Positions 1 to 8,789 of a stretch of DNA of 27,025 nt are shown here, one piece after another. Origin of the DNA: an uncultured Myxococcales bacterium (GTDB lineage Bacteria; Myxococcota; UBA4151). The stretch spans positions 1 to 27,025 of the forward strand of contig CAXGWI010000033.1 of NCBI GenBank assembly GCA_964013405.1. The letters are read 5' to 3'. The notes beneath the pieces were generated by a model. That model was not told where the DNA came from. It saw only the letters and a list, made by a program, of their open reading frames with translations, and did not search any database. A program made the position numbers and the translations under genes. Within the stretch, counting starts at the first letter, position 1. Every line of letters starts with the position of its first letter.

Positions 1-1
1 C

Positions 2-268
2 GAGGCCTTCATCCATCTACAAGCTGGCCTGGATCGGCCCCAGTCGGCCTTCCGCCGGGGGCAGTTCCTGCTCTGGGGGGCCCGCTGTCTCGAGCAGTTG
101 GGTCGGCCGGCGGAAGCGACCCGTTGGCGGGACAACCTGTTGGGCCTCTCCGGCCTGCATCTAGAGCGTCTGATCGAACTGGCCCGGGCCGATGCCGAAA
201 AGCCCCCTTCCGCTCGTCGCCTGCGGCGCCTGACTTACAGTTTAGATCTGGTAGATGCCCAGGCCTGA
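2..268 (+). CDS. 3' end of a hypothetical protein (partial, runs in from window edge; helical/TPR-like C-terminus)
   Basis: Frame 2 is open from base 2 to TGA at 266-268 (EAFIHLQAGLDRPQSAFRRGQFLLWGARCLEQLGRPAEATRW...DAQA*). Same strand as tgt, 51 bp upstream. Missing from the ORF track. Does not resemble the QueA C-terminus. Confidence 0.7.
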   Translation, partial: EAFIHLQAGLDRPQSAFRRGQFLLWGARCLEQLGRPAEATRWRDNLLGLSGLHLERLIELARADAEKPPSARRLRRLTYSLDLVDAQA

Positions 269-319
269 GTCCGGCGGCCTCTAGACAGAGGGCCCGAGTT
301 TTGGTGAGTCCTTCGCCCC

Positions 320-1438
320 ATGCGTGCACTTGAGTTTGAGCAAAAATCCGTTTGCGCGACCACGGCGGCTCGTCGGGGGCAAATTCAGACCGGTCACGGT
401 TCCATTGAGACGCCCGTCTTCATGCCGGTGGGCACCGTGGGCTCGGTCAAGGGCATTGCACCCTGGACCCTCAAAGCCCTCGGCGCCGAGATCATCCTGG
501 GCAACACCTATCATCTCCACCTGCGGCCGGGAGAGGCCCGCGTGGAGGCTTTGGGCGGGCTGCAGGAATTCACGGCCTGGCAGGGGCCGATGCTCACCGA
601 CTCGGGGGGCTTTCAGGTCTTTTCCCTGGCCCAACTCAATCAGATCTCTGAGGAGGGCGTGAAGTTCCAGAGCCATGTGGATGGCTCCCATCGATTCTTG
701 TCTCCCGAAACCAGCATGGACATCCAGAACCGCTTGGGGGCCGATATCGTCATGGCCTTCGACCAATGCCCGCCGGCAACCGCGACGCGGGAGGAGGTGA
801 TTGCGGCGACCGACCGAACAACTCGCTGGCTCGACCGCTGTATCTCCGCCTTCAAACGGGATGATCAGGCCCTGTTCGGCATCGTCCAAGGTGGCCTCCA
901 TGAGGATCTGCGACTTGCCCATGTTGAGGCGCTGGCCGCGCGGGATCTGCCCGGTTATGCCCTCGGCGGCTTCTCGGTCGGTGAAGCTCCATCGGTGATG
1001 GTTGATCTGCTGCAGCGAGTGACGCCTGCATTGCCTGCGGACAAGCCTCGCTATCTGATGGGGGTGGGGACTCCCCGAGATCTGGTCGAAGCGGTGGCCG
1101 CTGGCATCGATATGTTCGATTGCGTTCTGCCCACCCGTAATGGACGCATGGGAACGGTTTTTACCAGCGAGGGCCGCCTCAACATCAAGAATGCTCGCTT
1201 CGCCGATGATCGGGGCCCCTTGGACCCGGCCTGCCCATGTCGCACGTGTACGACCTACAGTCGGGCCTATTTGCGGCACCTCTTTATCACCAAGGAGTTG
1301 TTGGGATTATCGGCACTGACCGAGCACAACCTGTTTTACTACTTGGACCTGATGAGGCGGATTCGCGAGGCGATCACCGCAGAACGCTTTCCCCAGCTCC
1401 TCGACGAAGTCCGCTCGCTTTGGCCGTTGAAGGCTTGA
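320..1438 (+). CDS. tgt: tRNA-guanine(34) transglycosylase (queuine tRNA-ribosyltransferase)
   Basis: Motifs TPVFMPVGT, GNTYHL, TDSGGFQVFSL, FDQCPP, GIVQGG, GGFSVGE, PRYLMGVG, DMFDCVLPTRNGR; Zn site CPCRTC...H; 372 aa; upstream of yajC-secDF. Confidence 0.98.
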   Translation: MRALEFEQKSVCATTAARRGQIQTGHGSIETPVFMPVGTVGSVKGIAPWTLKALGAEIILGNTYHLHLRPGEARVEALGGLQEFTAWQGPMLTDSGGFQVFSLAQLNQISEEGVKFQSHVDGSHRFLSPETSMDIQNRLGADIVMAFDQCPPATATREEVIAATDRTTRWLDRCISAFKRDDQALFGIVQGGLHEDLRLAHVEALAARDLPGYALGGFSVGEAPSVMVDLLQRVTPALPADKPRYLMGVGTPRDLVEAVAAGIDMFDCVLPTRNGRMGTVFTSEGRLNIKNARFADDRGPLDPACPCRTCTTYSRAYLRHLFITKELLGLSALTEHNLFYYLDLMRRIREAITAERFPQLLDEVRSLWPLKA

Positions 1439-1460
1439 GCCGACGGCGCTAACGGCAGAT

Positions 1461-1928
1461 ATGGCCCAACCACCTTTCGACCCTGAACTCAAGACCGACC
1501 CAGGTGGCAATAAGGCCATCGCCGCGGTGGTGTGTCTGTGTTTTGGCTTCTATCTTATCGTGCCAAGCCTGCTGCATCACCAGCACGTGGCGTCCATCGT
1601 CAATCACGGTGTCGAAGTCCTCGCAGAGACCGAGTCGTGCAGTCGGCGGGGTGCGAGTCGGGCGCGCACCGTTCTGGTCCGCTTTGAAGATGCGAAGGGG
1701 AAAGACTATCGCTGCCTGGCAAGCATTAAGACCAAGTGCAAAGAGCCCTTTAAGCGGCGCTGGGTGACCTACAAATCCCAAGATCCCAACCAATGCCTTG
1801 TGGGCAAAAAGGAGGTCTTGGAAGCCAGTTGGCGCAGTGCTTTGGGATTGGTTTTCAGTGGCATCCTGTTGGTTCTGTTCGGAGCCTACCTGACCCACTC
1901 GGTTCTGCGGTTAAAGCGCGAACAATAA
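1461..1928 (+). CDS. Small two-TM membrane protein, DUF3592-like
   Basis: Hydrophobic helices near both ends flank a soluble beta-rich domain with 4 Cys and a VTYKSQDPN motif reminiscent of DUF3592 (V.YDP.DP). Fills the tgt-yajC gap on the same strand. Confidence 0.65.
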   Translation: MAQPPFDPELKTDPGGNKAIAAVVCLCFGFYLIVPSLLHHQHVASIVNHGVEVLAETESCSRRGASRARTVLVRFEDAKGKDYRCLASIKTKCKEPFKRRWVTYKSQDPNQCLVGKKEVLEASWRSALGLVFSGILLVLFGAYLTHSVLRLKREQ

Positions 1929-2017
1929 GCAGGTTGAGTCGCTACCAGCCCTCTGATAGGGGGAGCCGCCCTGGCTCAGGGTACTGGGCTTGAACCGCTC
2001 CCGGAAGGACGCCGATT

Positions 2018-2359
2018 TTGGCTGGAATCATCATCCTCGCATCCACTGCACCTGCCCCCCAGCAGGCCCCTGGATTGTTCACCGGTGGCATCATTCCGAT
2101 GCTACTGATCTTCGCCGTCTTTTACTTCATGATCCTCTACCCGCAATCGAAGCAGCGGCGGCAACACGAAGCGTTCCTTAAGGGAATTAAAAAGGGCGAT
2201 GAAGTCCTCACCCAGAGCGGCATCATCGGTAAGATTCACAGTATCAAGGATGGTGAGGTCACCTTGGAACTTGGACGGGACCACAAGGTACGCTTTCTCA
2301 CGCGCACTCTTGCGGGCCCCTATACGCCGGCGAAGGCCGAACAGAAGGAAGAAAAATGA
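2018..2359 (+). CDS. yajC: Preprotein translocase subunit YajC
   Basis: FAVFYFMILYPQSKQRRQH, IKKGDEVLTQSGIIGKI; TTG start with GAAGGA 8 nt upstream; ATGA overlap with secD. Confidence 0.96.
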   Translation: MAGIIILASTAPAPQQAPGLFTGGIIPMLLIFAVFYFMILYPQSKQRRQHEAFLKGIKKGDEVLTQSGIIGKIHSIKDGEVTLELGRDHKVRFLTRTLAGPYTPAKAEQKEEK

Positions 2360-4209
2360 GTCGAGGGGAACTGAAGTTCCGGCTGGGCGTCGTCGCACTG
2401 ACCATTTTCGGTGCCTTGTACGCAGCCGCGCCAACTTGGATCTACTTCAATCTCAATGAAGAGCAGACGAAGAAGGTCCGAAAGCGTGCAGACGCGTTTA
2501 AAGAGTTCGTACCCAAGGGGTTCATGGACACGCACGTCAACCTGGGCCTGGACTTGGCCGGCGGTATTCACCTCGTGCTGGGTGTGGATCTCGACAAGGC
2601 GATCGAGAACAAGGCGAATCGCCTGACCCAGCGCATCGCGGACCGCTTTGTCCGGGATGAGGTGGATGTCGAGGCTGTCAATCAGCTCGAAGGTGACAAG
2701 GTCGACCATATCGAGGTCGTCACCAAGACGCCGGAAGATCTGGACAAGTATCTTGAGGACATGTCGAAGATCGAATTTGAGGTGGTGGAGAAGGAGCCCA
2801 CGCGTCTGGTCCATCGCCTGGCCGGAGACTACATCGACCGTTTGAAGAAGGATGCGATCGCTCAGGCCATGCGCTCGATCCGCAATCGCGTCGACAGTCT
2901 CGGTGTCGCAGAGCCCCAGATCAATGCCCGGGGCGGCAATCAAATCGTGGTCCAGCTACCCGGGCTCGAAGATCCAGAGGCGGCCCGGCGCGTGCTCGGT
3001 AAAACGGCGCAACTGGAGTTCCGCATGGTCCTCGACGAGGATACCACGACGGACGGGATGAAAAACAAGCTGCCGGCCGGCGTTGTCTTTTGTCAGGACA
3101 GCTATCAGAAGCCGAATGGCAGCCAAGGCCAGGATCGCTTCCTCATCGCCGCCGACCGCAACAAGCTCGTCGAGGTCCTCGGCGCGGCGCTCAGCGGTGA
3201 TAAGGCTGCAGCCATCCAAGAAGTAGAGGCCCGTTCACGGCCCTTTTTACGTCGGTCCTGTGCCGGTGCGCTTCCGGTCGAAGACGATGAAAAACTCTAC
3301 CGGAGCTATACCCTGACCCGCACCATTCCGCTTTCTGGTGATCACGTGGTCGACGCCTTTGTGACCAGCGACCCACAGACCGGTAAGCCGGAGGTCAGTC
3401 TGATCTTCAATGAGCCGGGCCGGAAGATCTTTGGCAGTCTGACCACGAAGAACGTTGGCAACCGTTTTGCCATCGTTCTTGAAGGCATGGTTGATTCGGC
3501 ACCGGTGATTCAAACGGCCATCACCGGCGGCAGCTGCCGCATTACCCTGGGCTCTCTCGGCGACCGGAACCAGGTCTTTAGAGAAGCGGAGCAACTCGCG
3601 ATCGTGCTGAAGTCCGGTGCCTTGCCTGCGCCCATTACCATCGAGCAGGACCGGACCGTCGGTTCTAGCTTGGGGGAAGACAGTATCAAGGCCGGTCGAA
3701 ACGCCATCCTCGGTGGTTCGCTTCTCGTGATCATCTTTATGATCATCTACTACGGCTTCGCCGGGATCGTGGCCGACATCGCCCTGGCTTTGAACCTCCT
3801 GTTCATCCTGGCCGTGCTCGGCATGTTTGGCGCGACGCTAACGCTCCCAGGCATCGCGGGTATGGTGTTGACGATCGGTATGGCCGTCGACGCGAACGTC
3901 ATCATCTTTGAGCGAATACGGGAGGAGCTCAGGCGCGGGAAAACCGCCAAATCGGCTTTGTCCGTGGGCTACGATAACGCCATGAGCGCCATCGTCGATG
4001 CCAATCTCACCACCGGGATCGCGGGCATCGTGCTTTGGCAGTACGGTAGCGGTCCGATCAAGGGCTTCGCCGTCACCCTCGTGGTGGGTATTATGGCCTC
4101 CTTGTTTACCGCTATTTACGTGACCCGAACCATCTTCGAGTGGCGCATTAGCCGGTCACAGGATGCGACCCTGAGTGTCGGCATCGACCTCACCGGTGGG
4201 AGGGCCTAG
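2356..4209 (+). CDS. secD: Protein translocase subunit SecD
   Basis: NLGLDLAGG, RVDSLGVAEPQI, IVVQLPG, KTAQLEFR, LKSGALPAP, LTLPGIAG, GMAVDANVIIFERIREE, GPIKGFAVTL. Confidence 0.98.
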   Translation: MSRGELKFRLGVVALTIFGALYAAAPTWIYFNLNEEQTKKVRKRADAFKEFVPKGFMDTHVNLGLDLAGGIHLVLGVDLDKAIENKANRLTQRIADRFVRDEVDVEAVNQLEGDKVDHIEVVTKTPEDLDKYLEDMSKIEFEVVEKEPTRLVHRLAGDYIDRLKKDAIAQAMRSIRNRVDSLGVAEPQINARGGNQIVVQLPGLEDPEAARRVLGKTAQLEFRMVLDEDTTTDGMKNKLPAGVVFCQDSYQKPNGSQGQDRFLIAADRNKLVEVLGAALSGDKAAAIQEVEARSRPFLRRSCAGALPVEDDEKLYRSYTLTRTIPLSGDHVVDAFVTSDPQTGKPEVSLIFNEPGRKIFGSLTTKNVGNRFAIVLEGMVDSAPVIQTAITGGSCRITLGSLGDRNQVFREAEQLAIVLKSGALPAPITIEQDRTVGSSLGEDSIKAGRNAILGGSLLVIIFMIIYYGFAGIVADIALALNLLFILAVLGMFGATLTLPGIAGMVLTIGMAVDANVIIFERIREELRRGKTAKSALSVGYDNAMSAIVDANLTTGIAGIVLWQYGSGPIKGFAVTLVVGIMASLFTAIYVTRTIFEWRISRSQDATLSVGIDLTGGRA

Positions 4210-4212
4210 ACC

Positions 4213-5910
4213 ATGGAATTCATTAAGCCAAACAGCCGATACGAGTTCGTTTCGAAGACCCGGTTCTTCGGGGCATGTAGCGTCGTTGCAGTGGCCCTCA
4301 GTCTGGTCATCCTGCTGGTCAAAGGGTTGAACTTCGGAACCGACTTTCAAGGCGGGACCGAGATGGTCTTCAAGTTCAAGGAGCGTCCGAGCCTTGCCGA
4401 CCTACGGGCCGCGGTGGGGGAACTGCCCTATGAAGGGGCCAGTCTCCAGACCTTTGGTAGCGAGGAACAGATCATGATCCGCGTTCGCCAGGTCTCGTCC
4501 TTGTCGGAGGAGTTGGTCGCCTCGATGGACCAGAACACCCGGGCCCGTTACGGTGATCGCCTCGAGAAGTTTGAGGTGAACCGGGCCGGCGGTCTGATCA
4601 CTGTGCTGCTGACCGAGGACACGGCCGCACCGAAGGCAGATGATGGGAAAGACACGGGTCAACTGGCCCCCGGCCAAGTGCAAAAGGTCATCGTGAACCC
4701 CGATGGTAGCCGGACTTTCGAAGGCTTCGTGGATGTGGACCCGGCTAAGGGGCCAGGGCAGATCAATTTGGGTGTACCGAAGAGCAACGCGCCGGGTGGT
4801 GGCATTCAGATGGTGCCCGTGAACCCCGGACAGGTTCCTCCCAAAGACCGGATGGTCTTGGGTCAAATGCCCAAGCCGGGAAGCCCGGAAGACCGGGCGT
4901 TGATCGAGAAAAACCTGGGTCCTGGTGACCCAGGATTGCCGGCAGGCGGCCCCATCGATGCGGGCCCCAAGCCACCCCCGCCCAAGTACGATCCGGCCCA
5001 GCGGCCGCAGGAGTTTCGGACCGATGCGGGTTGGGTAGGGACTTTCCACTCCGCAACACCGGCCGACGCAGAGATGACGGAGACCGACCGTAAGAAAGCC
5101 CTGAGTTGGGATGAGGTGAAGGCCAAGAACAAGCGTTTGATGCAGTCTGTGGGGCCCACAGAGGGTGATCAGCGTAAGGCCTTGAAAGCCCACTTCGCCA
5201 ATTTGGGCGTCACCGTGGTCGGTGAGCCCCAGCGTTTCCCGACCGATGGTAAGGCTGAGTATCGAGTCGGCTTTGCCGGTGTGGCGGCGGAGGTTGGCGA
5301 GGCCTTGGCAGCCAAGTTCCCCCAGGCCGGCGTTGAGCCGAATGCGATCTATTACGTTGGCCCGCAGGTGGGTGAGCAGCTACGGAACGAGGGCGTGCTC
5401 AGCGTGATCTACGCCCTGCTGGGTATTCTGATCTACATCGTCTTTCGCTTTAACTTCACCTTTGCGCCGGGCGCGATCATCGCCTTGGTTCACGATGTGC
5501 TGATCACGGTCGGTATCTTTGCACTCTTCCAACTGAAGTTTGATCTGCCGATCATCGCGGCGTTGTTGACCATCGTGGGTTACTCACTCAACGATACGAT
5601 CGTGGTCTATGACCGGATCCGCGAGGAGTTGGGCAAGGTCGGTGAAGGTAAAGAGCCTCTGGAAACCACGGTGGACCGGGCTCTGAACGCTTGTATCAGT
5701 CGAACCATTCTCACCTCGGTGACCACGTTGATCGTGGTCGTGATCCTCTGGGCCTTCGGTGGCCCCACCATCCGCGAGTTCAGCATCGCCATGACGATCG
5801 GTGTGTTGGTGGGAACCTATTCGTCCATGTTCGTTGCGAGCCCGATCTACCTCTTCCTGGTCCATTGGTGGGAACAGCGCCAAGAAGCTTTGGAGTTGGA
5901 GAACGCCTAA
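4213..5910 (+). CDS. secF: Protein translocase subunit SecF with large periplasmic insertion
   Basis: GLNFGTDFQGG, VGPQVGEQL, HDVLIT, GYSLNDTIVVYDRIRE, SRTILTS, GTYSSMFVA; 565 aa versus roughly 300-320 for typical SecF. Confidence 0.96.
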   Translation: MEFIKPNSRYEFVSKTRFFGACSVVAVALSLVILLVKGLNFGTDFQGGTEMVFKFKERPSLADLRAAVGELPYEGASLQTFGSEEQIMIRVRQVSSLSEELVASMDQNTRARYGDRLEKFEVNRAGGLITVLLTEDTAAPKADDGKDTGQLAPGQVQKVIVNPDGSRTFEGFVDVDPAKGPGQINLGVPKSNAPGGGIQMVPVNPGQVPPKDRMVLGQMPKPGSPEDRALIEKNLGPGDPGLPAGGPIDAGPKPPPPKYDPAQRPQEFRTDAGWVGTFHSATPADAEMTETDRKKALSWDEVKAKNKRLMQSVGPTEGDQRKALKAHFANLGVTVVGEPQRFPTDGKAEYRVGFAGVAAEVGEALAAKFPQAGVEPNAIYYVGPQVGEQLRNEGVLSVIYALLGILIYIVFRFNFTFAPGAIIALVHDVLITVGIFALFQLKFDLPIIAALLTIVGYSLNDTIVVYDRIREELGKVGEGKEPLETTVDRALNACISRTILTSVTTLIVVVILWAFGGPTIREFSIAMTIGVLVGTYSSMFVASPIYLFLVHWWEQRQEALELENA

Positions 5911-5914
5911 GGGG

Positions 5915-7045
5915 CTAGGGGTCCTGGCAGTGGGTGACGAAGGCATCGAAAACGGCCTGGGCCCCCTGACTCGACTCGATGGTCCGATGGGGTGTTTGGG
6001 TCACGAGATCTCGGCTCTTTGAGCTGGTGATCCCGTTGAAGTAGGGGATGCCGAGGATCGGTGCTTCCGTGCAGTCTTGTCGGCCGACCACGAAGTGGAC
6101 GTGGGTGTCGGGATAGTCGAGAACTGGAGCCCCTCCGAGGACACTATCGGCTTCAAGTAACTGTAGGTCGTCGTCGTTGGCCTGGGAGCAGGGGGCGCCC
6201 CCGTAGCTCTGGTCGAAGACCGAGACGATTCGTCCCTCGTAGAAGCACTTGACCGGCCGGCGGCCGCATTCGGTCTGGGTCTCGCCCCAGTAGGTGGCGC
6301 ATTGACTGCTCCAGCCCAACTCTGGACGGTCTGCGCTGCAGCCGTAATCGATCCGGCCCATCGGGGGGCCACCGCCAAGGATCGCCAGCCGAATGATTCG
6401 ATCAAGACCATGTCGAGTGAGGCCATAAGCGATTTCGGTAGAGCCCCCGGAGTTACCGAACACGCAGGTTGGGCTTTCGCTGCCTTGGGCCAGATGGGCG
6501 ACGAGCGTACGGTATCGACAGGCTGCTGCGGCGATCCCCTGCTCGTCGGAGGATCGGCCCCACCAGCCCTCTTCCCAAGCTCGTTCGTAGACCACAAAGC
6601 CGGCCCGTGTCAGGCGACGCACCAACTGATGTTCGCCATGGGCCGGATCATTTGTCCGAGTGACGGTCCAGCCCTCCCCAGTTCCCCCCATGCCAAAAAC
6701 AATGTGGCCCTGGCTGGGCCCTTCCCGTTGTGGATCCGCCCATCTCCGGACTTTCACCACCTGGGGGGAGAGGCCGCCACAGGTGACCCGGTACCGTTCA
6801 CAGCCCAAGAGATGGTTGTCTTCTAAACCGGCCTGGCATGGACCGAGGGCCTCGACGCCAGCGCTTTCCTGTTGCCCTGCATCGAGGGTGAAGCCCCCGT
6901 CGGTAGGTGCATTGGCGTCGGCCGTTCCCGAGCCCCCGTCGAGTGCACCGGTCGCCTTTGCGTGCGCGTCAGGGGAATCATCGGTGGGGGGCGCTGTTGA
7001 ACAGGCCAGAACGAGCACGAGGAAAGCGGGGCAATGTCGATACAA
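5915..7045 (-). CDS. Cys-rich lipoprotein with probable alpha/beta-hydrolase fold
   Basis: Lipobox LVLAC, low-complexity DGG/DAG linker, nucleophile elbow GNSGG, candidate Asp (VVGRQD) and His (TPH); 12 Cys in the mature part; TTG start. Confidence 0.75.
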   Translation of the reverse strand: MYRHCPAFLVLVLACSTAPPTDDSPDAHAKATGALDGGSGTADANAPTDGGFTLDAGQQESAGVEALGPCQAGLEDNHLLGCERYRVTCGGLSPQVVKVRRWADPQREGPSQGHIVFGMGGTGEGWTVTRTNDPAHGEHQLVRRLTRAGFVVYERAWEEGWWGRSSDEQGIAAAACRYRTLVAHLAQGSESPTCVFGNSGGSTEIAYGLTRHGLDRIIRLAILGGGPPMGRIDYGCSADRPELGWSSQCATYWGETQTECGRRPVKCFYEGRIVSVFDQSYGGAPCSQANDDDLQLLEADSVLGGAPVLDYPDTHVHFVVGRQDCTEAPILGIPYFNGITSSKSRDLVTQTPHRTIESSQGAQAVFDAFVTHCQDP

Positions 7046-7158
7046 AATAGTCTTCCACGGGAATCATAAGGGAGTGTGAATGCACGACGCAAGGCATCCG
7101 GGGGCGAGCCCGGGACAAGCGTTGTTTTTAGGGCTAAGGTCCGTTCGGAAACCTTTTG

Positions 7159-8046
7159 ATGATAGATCTTCACAGCCACACAAAGGCCAGTGACGGGGAG
7201 TGGACAACGGCGCAATTGGTGGAGGCAGCCCTTGCGGCTGGGCTCACTGCCCTTGCGATCACCGACCACGACACGGTCGCTAGCTACCATGAAGCCTGCC
7301 AACTGGCGCAGGGGACGAATCTGCGGATCATTCCCGGTGTTGAGGTGAGCAGTGAGTATAATGGCCAGAGCTTGCATCTGTTGGGCTACTTCGTGGACCC
7401 GGATGACCTGGCCTTTGGCGCTCGACTCAACGAGATCCAGGCTGCCCGCGATGCTCGAACACCCAAGATGCTGGCCCGCCTTGAAGCCTTAGGCATGCCT
7501 CTTTCTGATGACGATATCGCAGCGGAGGTCGATGGGGTGGTGGGTCGGCCCCACATCGCTGCAGCGATGGTGAAGAAGGGCTACTGTGCCACGATCCCCG
7601 AAGCCTTTGATCGCTTCCTCGCCGATGGCAAACCGGCCTATGTGCCCAAGGACCGCGTGCTGCCACGGGACGCGATCCGCTGGATCCATGAAGCGGGTGG
7701 TATCGCCGTGATTGCCCATCCCCGCAGTTTGAAGAGCCGGATGCGCGGGCTGAGTTACGGCAGCATCATCGGCAGTCTAGCCCTCGATGGGCTCGATGGT
7801 GTCGAATGTTATTACAGCAGCCACAACGAGCGGACCCGAGATGAGTTGATGCGGGTGGCAGCCCGGATGAACCTCTGCATTACGGGTGGCAGTGATTTTC
7901 ATGGACCGACGGTGCGAGCGGGCGTCAGCGTTGGACGGGGTTACGGGAAGCTCTCAATTCCCGATAAGCTGCTGGACGGCATGGTCCTGGCCTGGCAACG
8001 CCGACATGGTCACGGACCTGAGGATCGCCCGGCATGTCTCTGCTAA
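7159..8046 (+). CDS. PHP-domain metal-dependent phosphoesterase, TrpH/YciV (RNase AM-like) family
   Basis: IDLHSHTKASDG, ITDHDT, PGVEVS, HLLGY, GRPHIA, AHP, GGSDFHG. Start is ATG 7159 (TTG 7156 is an alternative). Confidence 0.92.
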   Translation: MIDLHSHTKASDGEWTTAQLVEAALAAGLTALAITDHDTVASYHEACQLAQGTNLRIIPGVEVSSEYNGQSLHLLGYFVDPDDLAFGARLNEIQAARDARTPKMLARLEALGMPLSDDDIAAEVDGVVGRPHIAAAMVKKGYCATIPEAFDRFLADGKPAYVPKDRVLPRDAIRWIHEAGGIAVIAHPRSLKSRMRGLSYGSIIGSLALDGLDGVECYYSSHNERTRDELMRVAARMNLCITGGSDFHGPTVRAGVSVGRGYGKLSIPDKLLDGMVLAWQRRHGHGPEDRPACLC

Positions 8047-8789
8047 GACTCTCTTTTCTTCTCGTGTTGCTCCAGCCTGCGATGGCTGCAGCTGACAATG
8101 AGGGGAACTTCTATTTTGGTTTCAACGCAGTCCACAATCGGATCGGGACTGAAGATGTCCTGCTGGTGGATCGGGAACCCCCCGAGAATGGCTTCGGCCT
8201 AGGCCTTCGGCTCGGCCTGAACATTCTTGGCTACGTGGCCCCGGAGTTTCAGATCGACGCCCAGGGACAAGACCTCTTTAAGGACGAGCGAGGGGGCCTC
8301 GGCTTTGTCGGTGGCGGCCTTCGGATCCATCCCGTGAAGATCGCCGAACATTGGGTTCCCGAGCTGCGGAATCGGCCTTGGGATGTGAACGTCTATGCTG
8401 GCCTTGCCGGCTGGCACTTGATCGGCAAGCAGGCCAGCGGCAATCGGGGGCGGGCCTACGAAGCAAGCTTCACCAGCTTCCATTTGGCGGCTGAATACCA
8501 TGTGACGCCCCACTTCTCCGTGGGTCTGGAACTCCCCTGGCGTTTCCCTCGTTACGAGCCCTACGTTTACTTCGACTACCAAGATGACGAGGTCTTCTGT
8601 TTCGACCAAATTCCCATCCTGCAGCGCCTTGAGGAGGACACGTGTTCAAGTGCTCCCTCCCCTGAGGCTTCCTTCTTCTCGCCCATGCTCAGCATGACCT
8701 TGCGTGTGCCGCTCGCCCGTAAACCCAGCCCTGCACGACGGGGATACCCCGCGCCGGGTGGGCCCGCGGGGGAACTCCGCGAACCATGA
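8034..8789 (+). CDS. Secreted protein, probable small outer-membrane beta-barrel
   Basis: Signal peptide (…LLQPAMA/AA), alternating amphipathic strands (GFGLGLRLGLNI, FVGGGLRIHP, HLAAEYHV, FSVGLEL); overlaps both neighbours. Confidence 0.7.
   Translation: MSLLRLSFLLVLLQPAMAAADNEGNFYFGFNAVHNRIGTEDVLLVDREPPENGFGLGLRLGLNILGYVAPEFQIDAQGQDLFKDERGGLGFVGGGLRIHPVKIAEHWVPELRNRPWDVNVYAGLAGWHLIGKQASGNRGRAYEASFTSFHLAAEYHVTPHFSVGLELPWRFPRYEPYVYFDYQDDEVFCFDQIPILQRLEEDTCSSAPSPEASFFSPMLSMTLRVPLARKPSPARRGYPAPGGPAGELREP

Noticed and set aside
281..1279. Long antisense ORFs (332 aa here; also 4402-5193, 9453-10235, 12800-13660, 24996-25658, 26165-26836)
   Set aside because: Shadow frames opposite well-supported genes, as expected in high-GC DNA; no recognisable motifs.
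4621..5170. SecF insertion as an intein or mobile element
   Set aside because: No Cys/Ser start with His-Asn end, no endonuclease motifs, no terminal repeats; it is periplasmic and low-complexity.
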